The position numbers were made by a program, and so were the translations under genes. Shown here in pieces: positions 1 through 13,935 of a stretch of 64,000 nucleotides of DNA; within the stretch, counting starts at the first letter, position 1, and each line of letters starts with the position of its first letter. The notes below the pieces were generated by a model. It saw nothing but the letters and a program-made list of their open reading frames with translations. It was not told the origin of the DNA and ran no database searches. The DNA is from Auanema rhodensis (lineage: Eukaryota > Animalia > Nematoda), in assembly GCA_964057225.1 (NCBI GenBank), contig OZ059896.1, forward strand, positions 10,726,001 through 10,790,000, in the 5' to 3' direction.

Positions 1-3000
1 TATCCAAGCTAAATTTGGTTTAAGGAATTACCAGTTGGAACAGTTTTTAATATTCCTGCTGTTGCAATTGATTGGGATCCTTCTCCATCATATAACGTTA
101 CTTATGAACTTGAAGTTAGTCAATTTACTTCTTCAGTACATTAATTTTGAAAAATTTAGGATTCTTCTATGTTTACTTTGGTTCAAACTAAGAAGAAAAT
201 CTTACCAAAACTTTCTTTGGGTATCGAAGATTGGTCTGATGATCAAAAGCCTCCAAGACTACAGCTTAAAGTTGCAGCACCCCTAGTTCTTCCAACTAAT
301 GTAACCTTAATAGCAAAAGTAATTTTCAATCTGGTTCATATGTGATTCACTATTTGCGTTTTAGGACATTGGCCAACCGCAAAAATCAACAACAGCATTC
401 ATTAGTATTACAGAACAAAAACAAAAAGAGGTTATAGAGAAAAAGTCTGAAACTAGAGATGAGCATTTCAAAGCTCATGCTTCAAAAATTCAAGTAATAA
501 TAATAATTTTAAAGAATAGAATCTCAATTTCTCTATTATTTATTTAGAAAACCCTTCCATTACGTTTACCAACTGTTGAAGAGACAGAGAACGACCAACC
601 AGTATCCTTCTCGCAATGTCATGCAGCTGTAATTCTAAATGAAAACGCTCCTAATGGAACATTTGTAACAAAATTAGAACTGATTAACAAGAATGAGGTT
701 TATATTTTAATATTAATTAAAAGAAATAATAATAATTCTAATTCAGCCTACTGAAATGGTACTGGAAGATCCAGAAGGCACATTTAGTTTGAATGAAAAT
801 GGTGAAATTTATGTTAAAGATAACAGAATAATTGATCGTGAACTATTCTCAACACTTGAGATTGTTGCTGAAATTAAGGTTTTTAAGAATAGAATTTCTT
901 TTTTTTTTAATTTAAAAATGATTATAGAATGCTCCTAAGAGATCTATGTGCAAAAGAATTCGTTTACGTATAGATATTCATGATGAAAATGATAATAGAC
1001 CAGTATTTGAAAAAGAACAGTAAGAATATTCTCATATAATATTATGTTTTAAAATATTTTAATAGATATTGGTATCATTTATCTGATACAATTGCTGATG
1101 GAACTGAATTTGCTACATTAAAGGCACGAGATATTGATGAGGAAAGTCTTAGTTTTATTATCTTCTCTTTTAAAAATTTTATTTTTTAATATTTTTTATT
1201 ATTTCAGGATGAAAATGGACATGTATCATATCGTCTTCTCAATGCTTCTTCTGTTCCATTCAGATTACATCTTCATGGTAGAGATGCAGTTCTTACAACT
1301 AATGGTTACATTGGAGATTCTGATGTATATCATTTGCAAGTTGAAGCTCATGATCATGGTGTACCACCAAGGTAATATTCAAATGTTTCAGTAATTCATT
1401 GTGTTTATTCTTTTTTAGAACATCTATTGCTCCTGTTGATGTATTTGTTTTATCTTCAAAGCCTAAAACTTCAACCCCAAGTTCACCTCAACAACACAAT
1501 TCAATTGAAATTGTTGAGAAAACTGAGATAGAAGAAGTTTCACAAGATAAAGCTGATAATGTCAAACCTAACCCAACTACAACTACCACCCCCACAACAA
1601 CAACATCGGTAACTACAACATCTAGAAAACCAGAAGTAATGATTCATGGTTCATAAGTTGTTACTTACTGACTTACTTCTAGATCCGTGTTACCCTCCCA
1701 CGTCAACAGGCTGCACCAAATTTTGTCATCAATGACGTTAATACTGGTGATGAAACAATTGAATCAGCAGAATATATTGATGAAGAAGATTTGAAGGTTT
1801 GAGAGAAAAACTGAATAAACAACTGTTTTGATAAAATTAAGACCAGTGATGATTTTGGATTTACTTCTAATCATTATTATTATGAAGTATTTGGAGATCC
1901 AAGTGAAGATGATTTAATTGGAAGAGTTCTAGCTGAGCCTAATGCTCAAATGTATGGCATTGATAAGAAGGTTTGTAATAACAGTATAAATGAATGATTA
2001 ATCGTTTATTAAATCAATTGAAGGTCAATGGAATCTTCAAAGTAGATGCTGATATAGGTGAAATTTCTGTAGGACATCGTTTATATAGTCAACCTGCTGG
2101 AAATATTAGTTTCTCAGTATCATCTACCAACGGTATTAGAACGGTAGGATTCTTAATTCTCTTTTACTTTTCTCTTTTTTCCCAAAAGCATATCCGAGAA
2201 ATACATCGTTGTCATATAATAACGTGAGTCTAAGTGTTGTTCATTCTTCAAGCAACTGGACAACGGAAACGAGACGGCCAGATGAATGGCCTAATTGCTC
2301 GAAAACTGCAATTGTAGAGAGACCTAGCGAGACCTCAGAATTGAGCAAGGAGCTAGAAAGACCATCAAGCACACCTGTACCCTACGGACTGCCCACCCAG
2401 CATAGAAATAGTCATTACTCAGGCTAGACAGACGCTCCTGGTCGATTTAATCGTACCATAGCAAGAATGACAATTGTAGCTTTCTATTGTTATTATTAAA
2501 TGGGGCTAAAAGACAAATATGAATTTAAAAGAAATTGATTGAAAATTCTATTGATTTTACCTATATTCCTTGAATATTATACATAAAGACAATGAACTTC
2601 TTTATATAATATTGGAAATATAGTATATTCACATGAGATATATAGGATATATTTACCTAACTTTCTCTCTAAATTTCATATTCTTCAACTGGATTGACCT
2701 TTCAAAAGGTGAATTACGGATTTAAGATATAGAATGATGAACAGAACATTCCAAAAGATTGATGGATCTTTTCACATCTTAGTAATCTGTATATTACTCA
2801 TAATAGACTTGGCATGTTGATGATCGCGTGTCTAAGTCCCATTATGATGATCCCTACTTCCACCTTCCCTTCTCCATCCCCTCCTTTCGTTTATGGAGAC
2901 CAAAATGTCTTTCTTACCGAAAATGTATCTCAGAATAGTCTCAGTTGTAAAGAAGACGAAATAATCATCAGATTCGTATTAGTTTCAGTTTCATTTACCA

Positions 3001-6000
3001 TATTTGTCTTTTTTTCCCAAATCATTCAAACAAAAAAAAAAAAAGAAAACCACAGCAAGTTATTTTTTTCCTAAATAATAAGTAGTTTTTTCATGTCACC
3101 TCTTCGTTTTTTGTAGCTGTCATCCTTGTAGCTAATTATAGCAGCCTTCTGATGGATGATTGTCTATTGAACTGGAAAAAAAAACAATTGTGTTTGGTTC
3201 TGAAGGCGAACAGACAATATTCATCTAAATACCTTTCGTATGTCCATCAACGGACAAGTAAAATGTTCCAAAGATTCCGGAAGGATGTCTCCGGAAATTT
3301 GCATGACATGCATTTGTGGCAAACATATAATATACAAATTTTGGGGATATGAAAGACATAATATATAAATATATATGTATATATATATATTATAACATAA
3401 TTCATGTTCATCATTTATTTTTTTTCTTCCCTTGCTTATGTCTATTTAAAAAAATAGCTCTCTTTTTGATCTCGTATTTCGTGAAAGGAATTAGGATACA
3501 TCACTTAATTTCGACTTTTTTTTTCAATTTCTTAGGATTAGAAGACTAAGAAAAATCCGGCAACAATATAGAGACATGTAGAGCAATCTCATTTAGCTCA
3601 AACTTCTTTAGTTGAAAACTTTCTTAAACAATACATCATTCTCTTATTCATTTCTTTTTTTTCCAAATTTGCTTCAAAAGAATTATAATCATTTATATAT
3701 TATTATTATATTATATTTGTAACCTTATCTCAGTAATTCTGAGTTAATAACGGACTCTGTGATCGGACCTTGGAAGGCGGGGCCATATTCACACAGTGGC
3801 ATTAGTGAGTGAACAGATCTATCGTCTGGCCACATTTGGCTTTCTAGCTTTAAGGACAGAACACTAATGACTTAGATGGGACTACACACTATTATTATTT
3901 TTTTATTTTTGGTAAGTTATCAAATAAAATATATATTTCTATTAAAAGCTCAACTATAACTAATTGAAGAGCTTTTCAGCGACACTTCCTTCGTTCTTTC
4001 TTTTTTTTTTTCATTTTTGATGTTTTAACATTATTTTTCTGGTTTCTATTTTCAATATTATCCATATTTTTCCAATATTTTCTATTAGTACAGGAAATCT
4101 CAAAAGTTGACAACTTTTTTCAAACAAATTTCTCAACAATTCCTATATTTTTTTTCTTCTAAATACGCAGATGTTATTTATTGTTAAATTAGCCAATATA
4201 AGAGGGCTTATAAGAAAATTGGGCATTGGCCCACAGTTACAGGCCTTATAAGGTTAAAAGAAACGTAGTGCCAGGTGTTTTCCTTCATAGACGTTCTTAC
4301 CTTTTATATATCCTTTTTAATATAGCCATGATGGTTGGCTAAATAGGCAACAGCCGGCTATGCCCTATTGAGTTTTCTTGAAATCAGGCACATAAATGAA
4401 TATTTATTTTGAAAGTAAAAAAAATTAAATATTTTAAATATTCTATAAAGAATAAAAACATATAATATTTAGTGTTATAATACTATTATTGAAGACTTCT
4501 TTAACTAGTATAAATTTATTTTTTCCTGTCAATACATAGTTAATTATCGGATTATTGCTGACTCTGGCTCGCGCCGGCATATTCATCTTTGAGGTCATCT
4601 GGATAGGTTCATAAAGATATATCTTACACCTATTTAGATATCCTGTATTTTTATACTATAATTAATTTCATAATATATATAAAGCTTATTATAACTAACC
4701 CTAAAGATGCATATACTATATAGTATATGGGATCAATGGTTTATACAATGGGAAGAATTTATGAAAGACTTAATGAAATAATAGATTATATACTAAATAG
4801 ATTCAATATTCTATTTGTATTGGAATTTATTCATGTATTTTCAGGCAGAAACAGTTGTCACAATCTTTTTCGATCCCAGCCAAGAACGAAATGGTGGTCT
4901 ACCAAGATTTGATCAAACATTATATAAATTCCGTATTCCTGAAAATACTCCGCCTGAAGTTATTGGCATAGTTAGGGTAAGAAATATCTATTTAATGTTT
5001 ATAAACTGATATATTTATCATTTTTTTTCCAAATTTAGGCTTATCATATATCTGCTGGTCAACGTTCAAATTCTAATTCTGTTGTAATCAAATACGATAT
5101 TGTTACTGAAAATGCTGAACTGCCTTTCTCTGTACATCAACTATCTGGAGAAGTTGCTAATGAAAAAGAATTTGACCATGAGCAGACTGCTAACTATGAG
5201 TTCAAGGTATACTTTTCATTTCAAAGTCTATGTTAACGTATTTATTCAGATTCGAGCATGCTTGTCAAGCAATGAAGAGCAATGCGGTTTTGCTAAAGTT
5301 TTAGTAACAGTTGAAGATTTGAATGATAATTCCCCTAGATACAATTCATCTTTGCAACATGTTACACTTCCATCTGATCTTCCAGTTGGATCTGATGTGA
5401 TCAAAGTGCATGCTTTTGACTTAGATTCAGGTACCAATGGCCAGGTTGCCTATGCTATTACTCCTCCTAGCAGTAAGATTTGTCATTATCATATAAAGTT
5501 ATTTTATTTCTATTTACAGCTACATTTGCTATTGATTTTGATACTGGAGCTATTGTTACAATTGCTCCATTAACAAGTTCAAGATACAGTATTCTTGTTG
5601 AAGCATTTGACCATGGGACACCACGAAGATCTGATGTGACCGAAGTTCGCATTGAAGTTCACGGAACAAATCCTTCAGCTCCAGTTTTTGAACAGGTTAA
5701 CTTGTGTTGTTGATATTATGCTTATATATGTGTTTCAATTGCAGAAATCATATGAAGCTCAATTAACATCACCGGTACGAGCAGGATCCGTAGTGGCTCA
5801 TGTCAAAGCATCCGATCCCGATCCAGGTCCAGAAGGAAAAATCAAATATCGTTTCGTACCATCCAACGATCCTCATGTAACACGATTCATATCTAAATTT
5901 GCTATAAATGAGAATGTAAGTACTTAGATAATAGTTAGATTTAAGCTGAAATACATATTGTAGACCGGAGTTGTATCAGCTATTGAGCAAATGACATCAA

Positions 6001-9000
6001 AAGAAGGACCATACGATCTTGAAATTGAAGCTTCAGATGATAGTAGAACATTCAATCGAAAAGTTTGAAATACCTTTAACTGCTTGTACACAAAATTAAT
6101 TTTTAGACAACTTGTGTACTTCATGTGGAAATCTTAGGCCAATCTTCTTTACGTTTTCTTCCATTGCCTGTAACAATCTATATTTCGACTGAAAAGGCTA
6201 TAGGAAGTGTTGTTTTAAGGTTTCAATTAATTCAATTTTGTTATTAAATTGAAAATTTATTTTCTAGAGCGTCTGCTTTGACTAATGCAGCATCGCCAAT
6301 TCAATTCAGAATTCTAGAAGACAATTCTCCATTCATAATGGATGGTGACCTTTTGCGTGTTGCTACTCATCTTGTTTCTGGTAAAACTCATTTGACTGTT
6401 AGAGCTGAATCAGAAGACGCTCATGTTGACCATCAATTAACTGTGGTTGTGATGTCTGATCGTGACAAATATCCTGTTTTCACACAGCTTACTTATGATT
6501 TCGATGTATGTAATAGATATTTTGAATTTTCTGATATAATGAACTTCAGGTCTTCCATGATGCCCACTTCCCTGTAACTATTCATCGATTCGATGCTGTA
6601 CTTCAGAATGGAACAATCAATTATGAATTTTTCCCTGAAAATCGCAGTCCTAGAGGTTTACTTCTTGATGAAGCCACAGTAAGAGCATAAAAACATTAAT
6701 ACTAAAGACAGATGACTTGATTTAGGGAGAATTAGTAGTTACTTCTGATTATATCAAAGAGGCTGAAAACCAAGAAACTGCTTTTGTTGTTGTACGTGCT
6801 CGCAATTCCAAATATCCTCAGTTTTATTCGGATGTTGGAGTAAGAATACATTCTTTTCATTATTTATAAAAGAATATTGATTCAGCTTTCTCTATCATTG
6901 GTTACTCGTCGAGCAAATCACAAATTTTCCCAGGCAGTTTATCGCATTGAAGTTACAGAAAACACACCTGTTGGAAGCATAATCGGCCAACCACTCGAAG
7001 TTTGTTCATTTTTTCTTTCTTATCCTCATTTTTCTTTTTTGAGGTTTTCCCTAAAGATGACGCTATTCGCTTCTCCTTCATACCATCATCTTGGTTTGGA
7101 ATCTTCAACAACGGTTCCACTTTTGTAGCTCAAGACCTTGATCTTGAAAAAATGCCTGTTGACCAAAATGGTATAATCACCTTTGTGGTGGCAGCCGACA
7201 CTCCTTCTGGTCGATCCACATCCAAAGTGCAATTCCGTATTCTTGATGAAAACGAGTTTTCACCAACAATTGAGCCTGAATTGCATGGTAGCGTTCGTGA
7301 AGATGCATCTCCAGGCTCTGCTATTATGAAGATTAAGGCATTTGATCGGGATTTCACTGAGGGGTCACATCTTTTATACAAAATTACTGGAGGTATATGA
7401 TGTTGTGAATCATTCACCTCATAGATGTATTATAGGAACAGGAAAAAACTTGGTATTCATTCAAGAAGATGGAACTATAATACTAGGAGAAACACTATTA
7501 GATCGTGAACAAATACCATTCTTTGATGTAAAAGTTGAAGCTATTGACCGAGGAGGAAATAAGGTTTTGATTATAAAGACAAATAGATTGTAATAATTCT
7601 ATATATTCAAGGCTGAAACTACAGCTATTATTGAAATAGAAGATGTGAATGATAATGCTCCAGTTGTTTTACATCAACCTCTTACCTGGAATGTAACTGA
7701 AGGCAGTCTCTCATCTTCGTTCCTTATTGAAGCTGTCGATAAAGATACAGGAAAAAATGGAGTAGTTCATTTCCGAATCCTTCAAGGAAACGCTGATAGC
7801 TTTTTCCAAGTTGTCGAAGAATCCATAAATAAGGTAAGTATTACCTTATCATTGACGTTTATATTGATATGATTATAACATTTGAATTCAGGTTTCTTTA
7901 CATCTTCTTCGTCCATTAGATTATGAAGATTTCCCATCTCATCAACTAACTTTGGAAGCTCGTGATGGTGGAATGCCTTCTCAATTTACTATTTTCACTG
8001 TTGCTGTTAATGTTCTAAACATTAATGATAATGCTCCTGTGTTTAAGCATACTACACACAGTCAAAAGGTTTGTGTAAACATCATTTGAATAGTTGAATA
8101 CAAAAATGATTTTCAGGTTCCTATTGATTTTCCTATCGGTTTTCCCATAATTACTGCGGCAGCTGAAGATGTTGATGGAGACAGACTCAACTATTCCCTA
8201 CATGGAATAGGATGTGAAGTATTCGCCGTTGATCCTACTGGAGTTATCAGCTTCGTTGTGCCTGTTAAGAAACGTCAGACCTCACTTCTTAAGTGTAGTG
8301 TTGAAGTTTCTGATGGTCAACACACTAGTACTACTGAAGCTCAAATAGAAATATACACCACCGAACAGCCAACAGTGTTAGTTTTAAAAGATTTTTGAAA
8401 GATTTTAACAATCTAATGAATTTTAAAATATCTTTTTCAGTCCAGCTGATCGTAATCATGCTCCAATCTTTTCCAAGCAGTCATATGATTTTGATATGAA
8501 TCCCGATGGCAAGAAAGGACATATTATTGGAAAAGTTGATGTACGAGATCCTGATGGTGATGCTATTCTGTTTTCTATTCGACCAGATGAATACCGAAAT
8601 CTATTTGATATAAATGATAATGTAAAGTTTTTACTATTATTTTCAAATAATAATTATTATTTTTCAGGGCGAAATACTTCTCAATGTTGAGCTCTCTAAG
8701 CTGACTCAGAAATTGTATAGTTTCCTTGTTCGAGCAGAGGATTGGGGACCACCAATCATGACGTCTATTGCCAATGTTCATGTTCATGTGCCTGGAAATG
8801 AAGATCACATAGTAGAAGGTGGAAAGACAACTCCTTTACCTATTCCACATCGTCCTATAACTACTTCTGCAACTGTTAGTACTCAAGCAGCTTCCACTCG
8901 TCAACGTGAAGCCTTAACAACAACAATGACCAAAGAAACTGAATCTACAACACAAACAATGAAAACAACTACACCAAAAGCTCTTGGTACAGTTTTTTGA

Positions 9001-12000
9001 AAGCATACAACTAATCATCATCTTGCTTCAGTTATTAAATTCACTCGCCCTGCTTATGTATTTTCACTACGAAGTGATTCTCCTCCTGGTACATACTTGG
9101 GATCAGCAAGATTGAACTGGAGTAAGGATGTTAAACTATCATTGGAAAGTGGAAAATACCTATCTATTGATTCTGATGGTCAAATCAAAACTTTGAATAC
9201 ATTCACAGATAGAAATATTCAAAAAATTGAAGATATTATTATTGCTACACATCAGGTATATTAAAATTATAAATTATATTTTAAGTTTTTTTTAAATTTG
9301 TAGGGTTCTCGCGTTGCTGAAGCTGCTCTCAATTTGCATTTGATTTTCACTCCAGGATCTACACCTATTAGTATGATTGACTCATCCACAGAAAATGTTG
9401 TAAGAACATCTGGATCTTCAGTTACTGCTAGAAAACCTACAACCAAGAGTGAAAACATTGAATCTGAGGCAGATAACTCAGAATTCCATTTCTCCAAAAA
9501 GGTTTATCAAGCTTTTGTAACCGAAGGAAAGTATTCAAACGGAATTAAATTGGCTTTGAAGCCAGAAGAGTTATCTACCAATTTCGTCGGACAAGTAACT
9601 TATTCTATCACCGACAAAACTGTATGTTTTACTAACATATACATATATTAAATTGAAATTTTCAGTCAATGCCATTTGTTTTAACACCTGAAGGTCAACT
9701 TGTCGTATTTGATGTCGATCGTGAAAAGCAAGATAACTATGTTATCAGCATTACTGTATATTATTCAATAGTATTCTGTTACTTATTGTTTTGTTTAGGC
9801 TAAGACAGGTGAAACTCCAGCAAGACAAGCTTTTGCTCAGATCAACGTAGTGGTATTAGACGTCAATGACAACTATCCTGAGTTTGAAAATCATCCAGAA
9901 AGTCTTGGAATATATCGTGACGCATCTGTTGGAAGCACTGTTTACCGTTTCCATGTATATTTTAATTTAATTTTGATTTTTAAAAGAAGGAAAATATAGG
10001 CTTTTGATCGTGATGACGACGCCAGTGGAACTGTTCAGTATGGAATAGATGGAGAGGATAACTACTTCAGCATTGATGCTATTGGTATACAATCTATTCG
10101 TTAAACGCCCAATAAAAGTCGTTTTCAGATGGCACAGTTATTGTTGGCAAATCCCTAGCTAATGCTCCAAGTCTATTATGGATTACTGTTGTAGCTCGTG
10201 ATCAAGGACGTCCAGCACTTCGAACCCATCACAAGGTAATATAAATATTTGAAGCTTTGAAAACTTAATTATTTTAATTTATAGGTCTCCGTTCGTATTT
10301 TTGATCCACATTATCCAGCTCCTACACTTCCTAAGACAACTGAAGTTTTGCGTGTCCCAGAAACAGCTGAAAATGGAACATTATTAACCACATTATTAGC
10401 TGGACCAAACATTATTCGCCGTGGATATGAACCTATAGAATATGATGTTGCTGATGATCAGAATGGTCTTTTCAAGGTATATTTATAATATATTTACATC
10501 TAATTACTAAATCTTTCAATTCAGATGCTCGACGGTGGACGTTTGATACTTTCTAGACCACCAAATTCAAATGAATTGGGAAAAATGTATCATCTGAATA
10601 TTACTGCTAAAAATTCCCTTGGAGTTGATAGCAAAGAAGTTACAGTCCAGATTGAAGGAGAAAAGGCAGCAACAGAAGCACCTACTTCCAGTTTAGCTAC
10701 TAAATCAAGCTCAACAACTGGAGGATGTTCCTTTGACAAACTTGTATATGAAGCTGAAATACCAGAAAATTACCGAGATCGTCATCGCTTAGCTACTGTG
10801 AAATCATCTAATTGTCCTCAGCTACTTTATGAGTTATCCGAACCTTCAGGTACTATAATCAATTTTTTTACAATTTGGTATTCGCTTTCTTTCAGATGCA
10901 TTCGAAATTGATGCTAAATCTGGAGATATATATGCAATCCGATCTCTTGATCGTGAAAGAAAATCTCTTCATCTATTAACTGTTAATTTGGTGGATGTCA
11001 ATAAGCGTTTAAAACGTGAACTTCCTGAAGTTGAAGGTATGAGAAAGTTTATTTTTTATAAATATTAATATTTACATATATAGATGCTAAAAATAGACTC
11101 TCTGCTGGACAAGCACTCATTGTTGTTCGTGTTTTGGATCAAAACGATAATGCTCCAATATTCGTTCATCTGTCCGACGAACGTTTCGTGGCTAACGTCA
11201 ATTGGCAAGCGAAGGCTCACTCCAGCGTGTTCAGACTACAAGCTAAAGATTTGGACGATTCTTCTGTACTTACATATGATATATCTGGACCATCAACCGA
11301 TCTATTCACTGTGAATCAAACAACTGGCTTAATCAGTTTGACTACGAGCATTGAAAACGATCCACGAACAAGCTTCCAGCTTACAGCCACTGTATCAGAT
11401 GGAGTTTTCAAGACCACAGCTCCTTTAGTTATTTTCAAGTTATCTCCCACATCCAATGTTATCCGTTTAACTAGTGAAATGCCAGCTCACAAGATAAAGG
11501 AATATCAAATTGAGAAAACACTGAATGAATTAACGGATAGTGATAGCAGAGTCCTAGGCAAGCAGATGTTCATTGACGAAAAAGGAAAACCTGATGAGCA
11601 AAAATCACATGTATTCGTCTACTCTGTTAATCGTGAAACCAAAGAGCCATATCGCCGAGAACAATTACTTGAGTGAGTTAAAGTTCTGAATTTCTTTCTT
11701 AAATTCATTATTTCAGTATGCTTGGTCCACATTCTTCATCACTTATGGCATCTCCAGCTAAGATATCGGAGGTGTCTTTGGTCGCTAATAATGAGCCAAT
11801 TCTTTCGGCTGTCGACATTCTTCTTCTTCTTCTAGCCCTTGTAGTAATAACTCTTCTTCTGCTTGCTTGCTGTTGGTTGGCCACTGTTTGTAAAAGGTAA
11901 ATCTATTTCAAATATTTTTAATAATCCTGATATACAGAAAACGATATGCTAGTTCATCGAAAACTGATCATGAATACATGGTAGATAGTGTTGGAGCTGG

Positions 12001-12315
12001 ACCCCGACCTTACGATGTAGAACAAATCAGTCGACACACAGCACAAACTGTTTTGGCCAGTCGAGCATTACCAGATCCTTATGAGATTAATCCAAGCTTT
12101 AATGACGGCACAGTTTGCACTAATAGAAGTAACAGTACTAAGGAATTTGCTAACAGTGTACGCGAACGACCATCATTATTGCAAAGTGCATTGGCGAAAC
12201 ACAAGGTTCTTAATCTGATTAATAATATTTGTTAATAATATATGTAATTCAGATTCATGACGGCGGATTATCAGTAACAGTTGATTATGTGGATTGCGCA
12301 AAAGATTCAAAATAG
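1..12315 (+). CDS. Large non-classical cadherin (5' end outside window): many EC repeats, Thr-rich inserts, membrane-adjacent domain, one TM, cytoplasmic tail; multi-exon
   Basis: Manual splicing gives a continuous frame with cadherin motifs (DENDNRPVF, EDLNDNSPRY, AFDLDSGTNG, LDREQ, DVNDNAP, DVNDNYPEF, LDQNDNAPIF). TM ILLLLLALVVITLLLLACCWL at ~11817-11880. Stop TAG at 12313-12315. Introns mostly ~45 nt, except 2144-4844. Confidence 0.93.
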
Positions 12316-12812
12316 AACTTCTCAGAAACAAACACATTTGTAACGTATACATATTTTAATATACATATATATATTCATACTGATCGGGTATCTCTTCGTG
12401 ATATATATGTGACATGCTATCATGAATCTCTTTCTTTAATTTTCTAGAATTATAATAATTAAATTCATGCAGAAAAAAATTGCCTTCAATATAATATATA
12501 TTCTTATATAATACTTTGATTGTCCATGATATTCGTTTAAAGGCTGATTGGAAGCCCGGTGCTCATTTTATTGTATAGCTATTACTTTGCTTCACATTGG
12601 CTTGATTTAATCTTAAACATTGAAAATTAATCAATAAATCATTATTTTAATAAAAACAATAAATGTCACATTTATAATATAATTAAAAAGCAATCTTTGA
12701 ATAGAATTTATTTAGAATCTGACGTGTAAAAAAAGATAAAACAACTATAAAAAATAAAAAATTTAAACAATCGTAAAAAATAAAAAAAAGTTCCGGAGAT
12801 CAAATATTACAT

Positions 12813-13935
12813 TTATCCATTTTTATTAGATTTAATTTGGAGCTGAAATAAATAAATAAATAAATACAAAAAAAAATACTCTTACTCGAGGAGGTAGTTT
12901 TTTCATAATTCTCTTATAATAGACTTCCACTTTTTTGATATGTCCTGCCAATCGTGCACGATATTTTTCATTTACGCATAAAGACACATGATGACTTAAA
13001 TGACAAACACGGCAGGTTTTAGTACACACACCACTGTGTTTCAGCAAACAGCATGAGCATAGGTTCAACGTTGACACCATTTCTCGACGTTGATCAGATT
13101 CAGAGATTGCGCAGCAAAACTCAGGAGAATGGGATCCGTTCATTTTACAAAAAATGCAAATATCATTAATACGATTCCGTTTAATATCTTGATTAAAGAG
13201 TTTTACCGCTTCGTGCCACATAATAGTCTTCTGCGAATTTTGCAGAGTTTCCAGCAAATCACTTTCCGATGACGTACTCGAAAGAACATCCTGTACGGTA
13301 TTAGTCTCCGATTTATCCTTTATTAAAGATTCAGATGTGTTATTATTAGCATCTGAAGAGAAAAAATAATGCTCCGCAAAAGAGTGAATCATTGTCTTGT
13401 AGTCGGTATTTTTAGAACGTATCATACGGAAAACATCTGCAGCAGACGTAGTCAGGTGCATTTCAAGAATATTAAGCTTTAGTTCTTCCGAGAACTTTGA
13501 TTGTGAATCGACCTTGACCAAGAAATCTTGCCAGAATTTTAAGAACTCTTTACGATTGCCACAGAAAATATCTAGTTGTATAACACTAGAGTCAGAATCA
13601 ACAGCAGTTACAGACGTCCCATTTTCCATGGATTCAGAAGTGATATGACTGGAACAGACGGAATCTTTCACCAATGGCTCTTCTGAAATCCGCTTTTCTT
13701 CGTTTCTCAATTCGTTCCGTTTTTCCAACAGCAGTTTGAAAAAATCTCTCCTCAATTCATTTAATCGGATCATTTTCTCAGTTTCCACAAGTTTGTTTTT
13801 AATAGCATCTATGTCGTGTGTGAAGTCACATTTTCCATTCTGGATGTGGAATAAGTTCAATAAACCTTGAGAAAAAGACTGGGATACTGATTTTATGCTT
13901 TCTGCTACTCTATTGTCGTTATCAGGAGAAGGCAT
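12813..13935 (-). CDS. Stand-alone BEL/Pao retrotransposon Gag-like protein (coiled coil, DUF1759-like segment, three Cys/His knuckles); 359 aa if spliced
   Basis: LDIFCGNRKEFLKFWQDF...KLNILEMHL...DYKTMIHSFAEHY resembles the DUF1759 pattern. Knuckles CIFC-x5-H-x4-C, CSCCLLKHSGVC and CRVCHLSHHVSLC. Predicted intron 12885-12843 (gtaaga...tttcag) gives the C-terminus LQIKSNKNG*. Predicted 5'UTR intron 13981-13936. Confidence 0.75.

Noticed and set aside
2220-2510. Intronic RNase P, MRP or telomerase RNA (TCAGGCTA and ATGGGGCT resemble CR-V)
   Set aside because: No matching upstream CR-I to form P4, and no TTAGGC-complementary template found.
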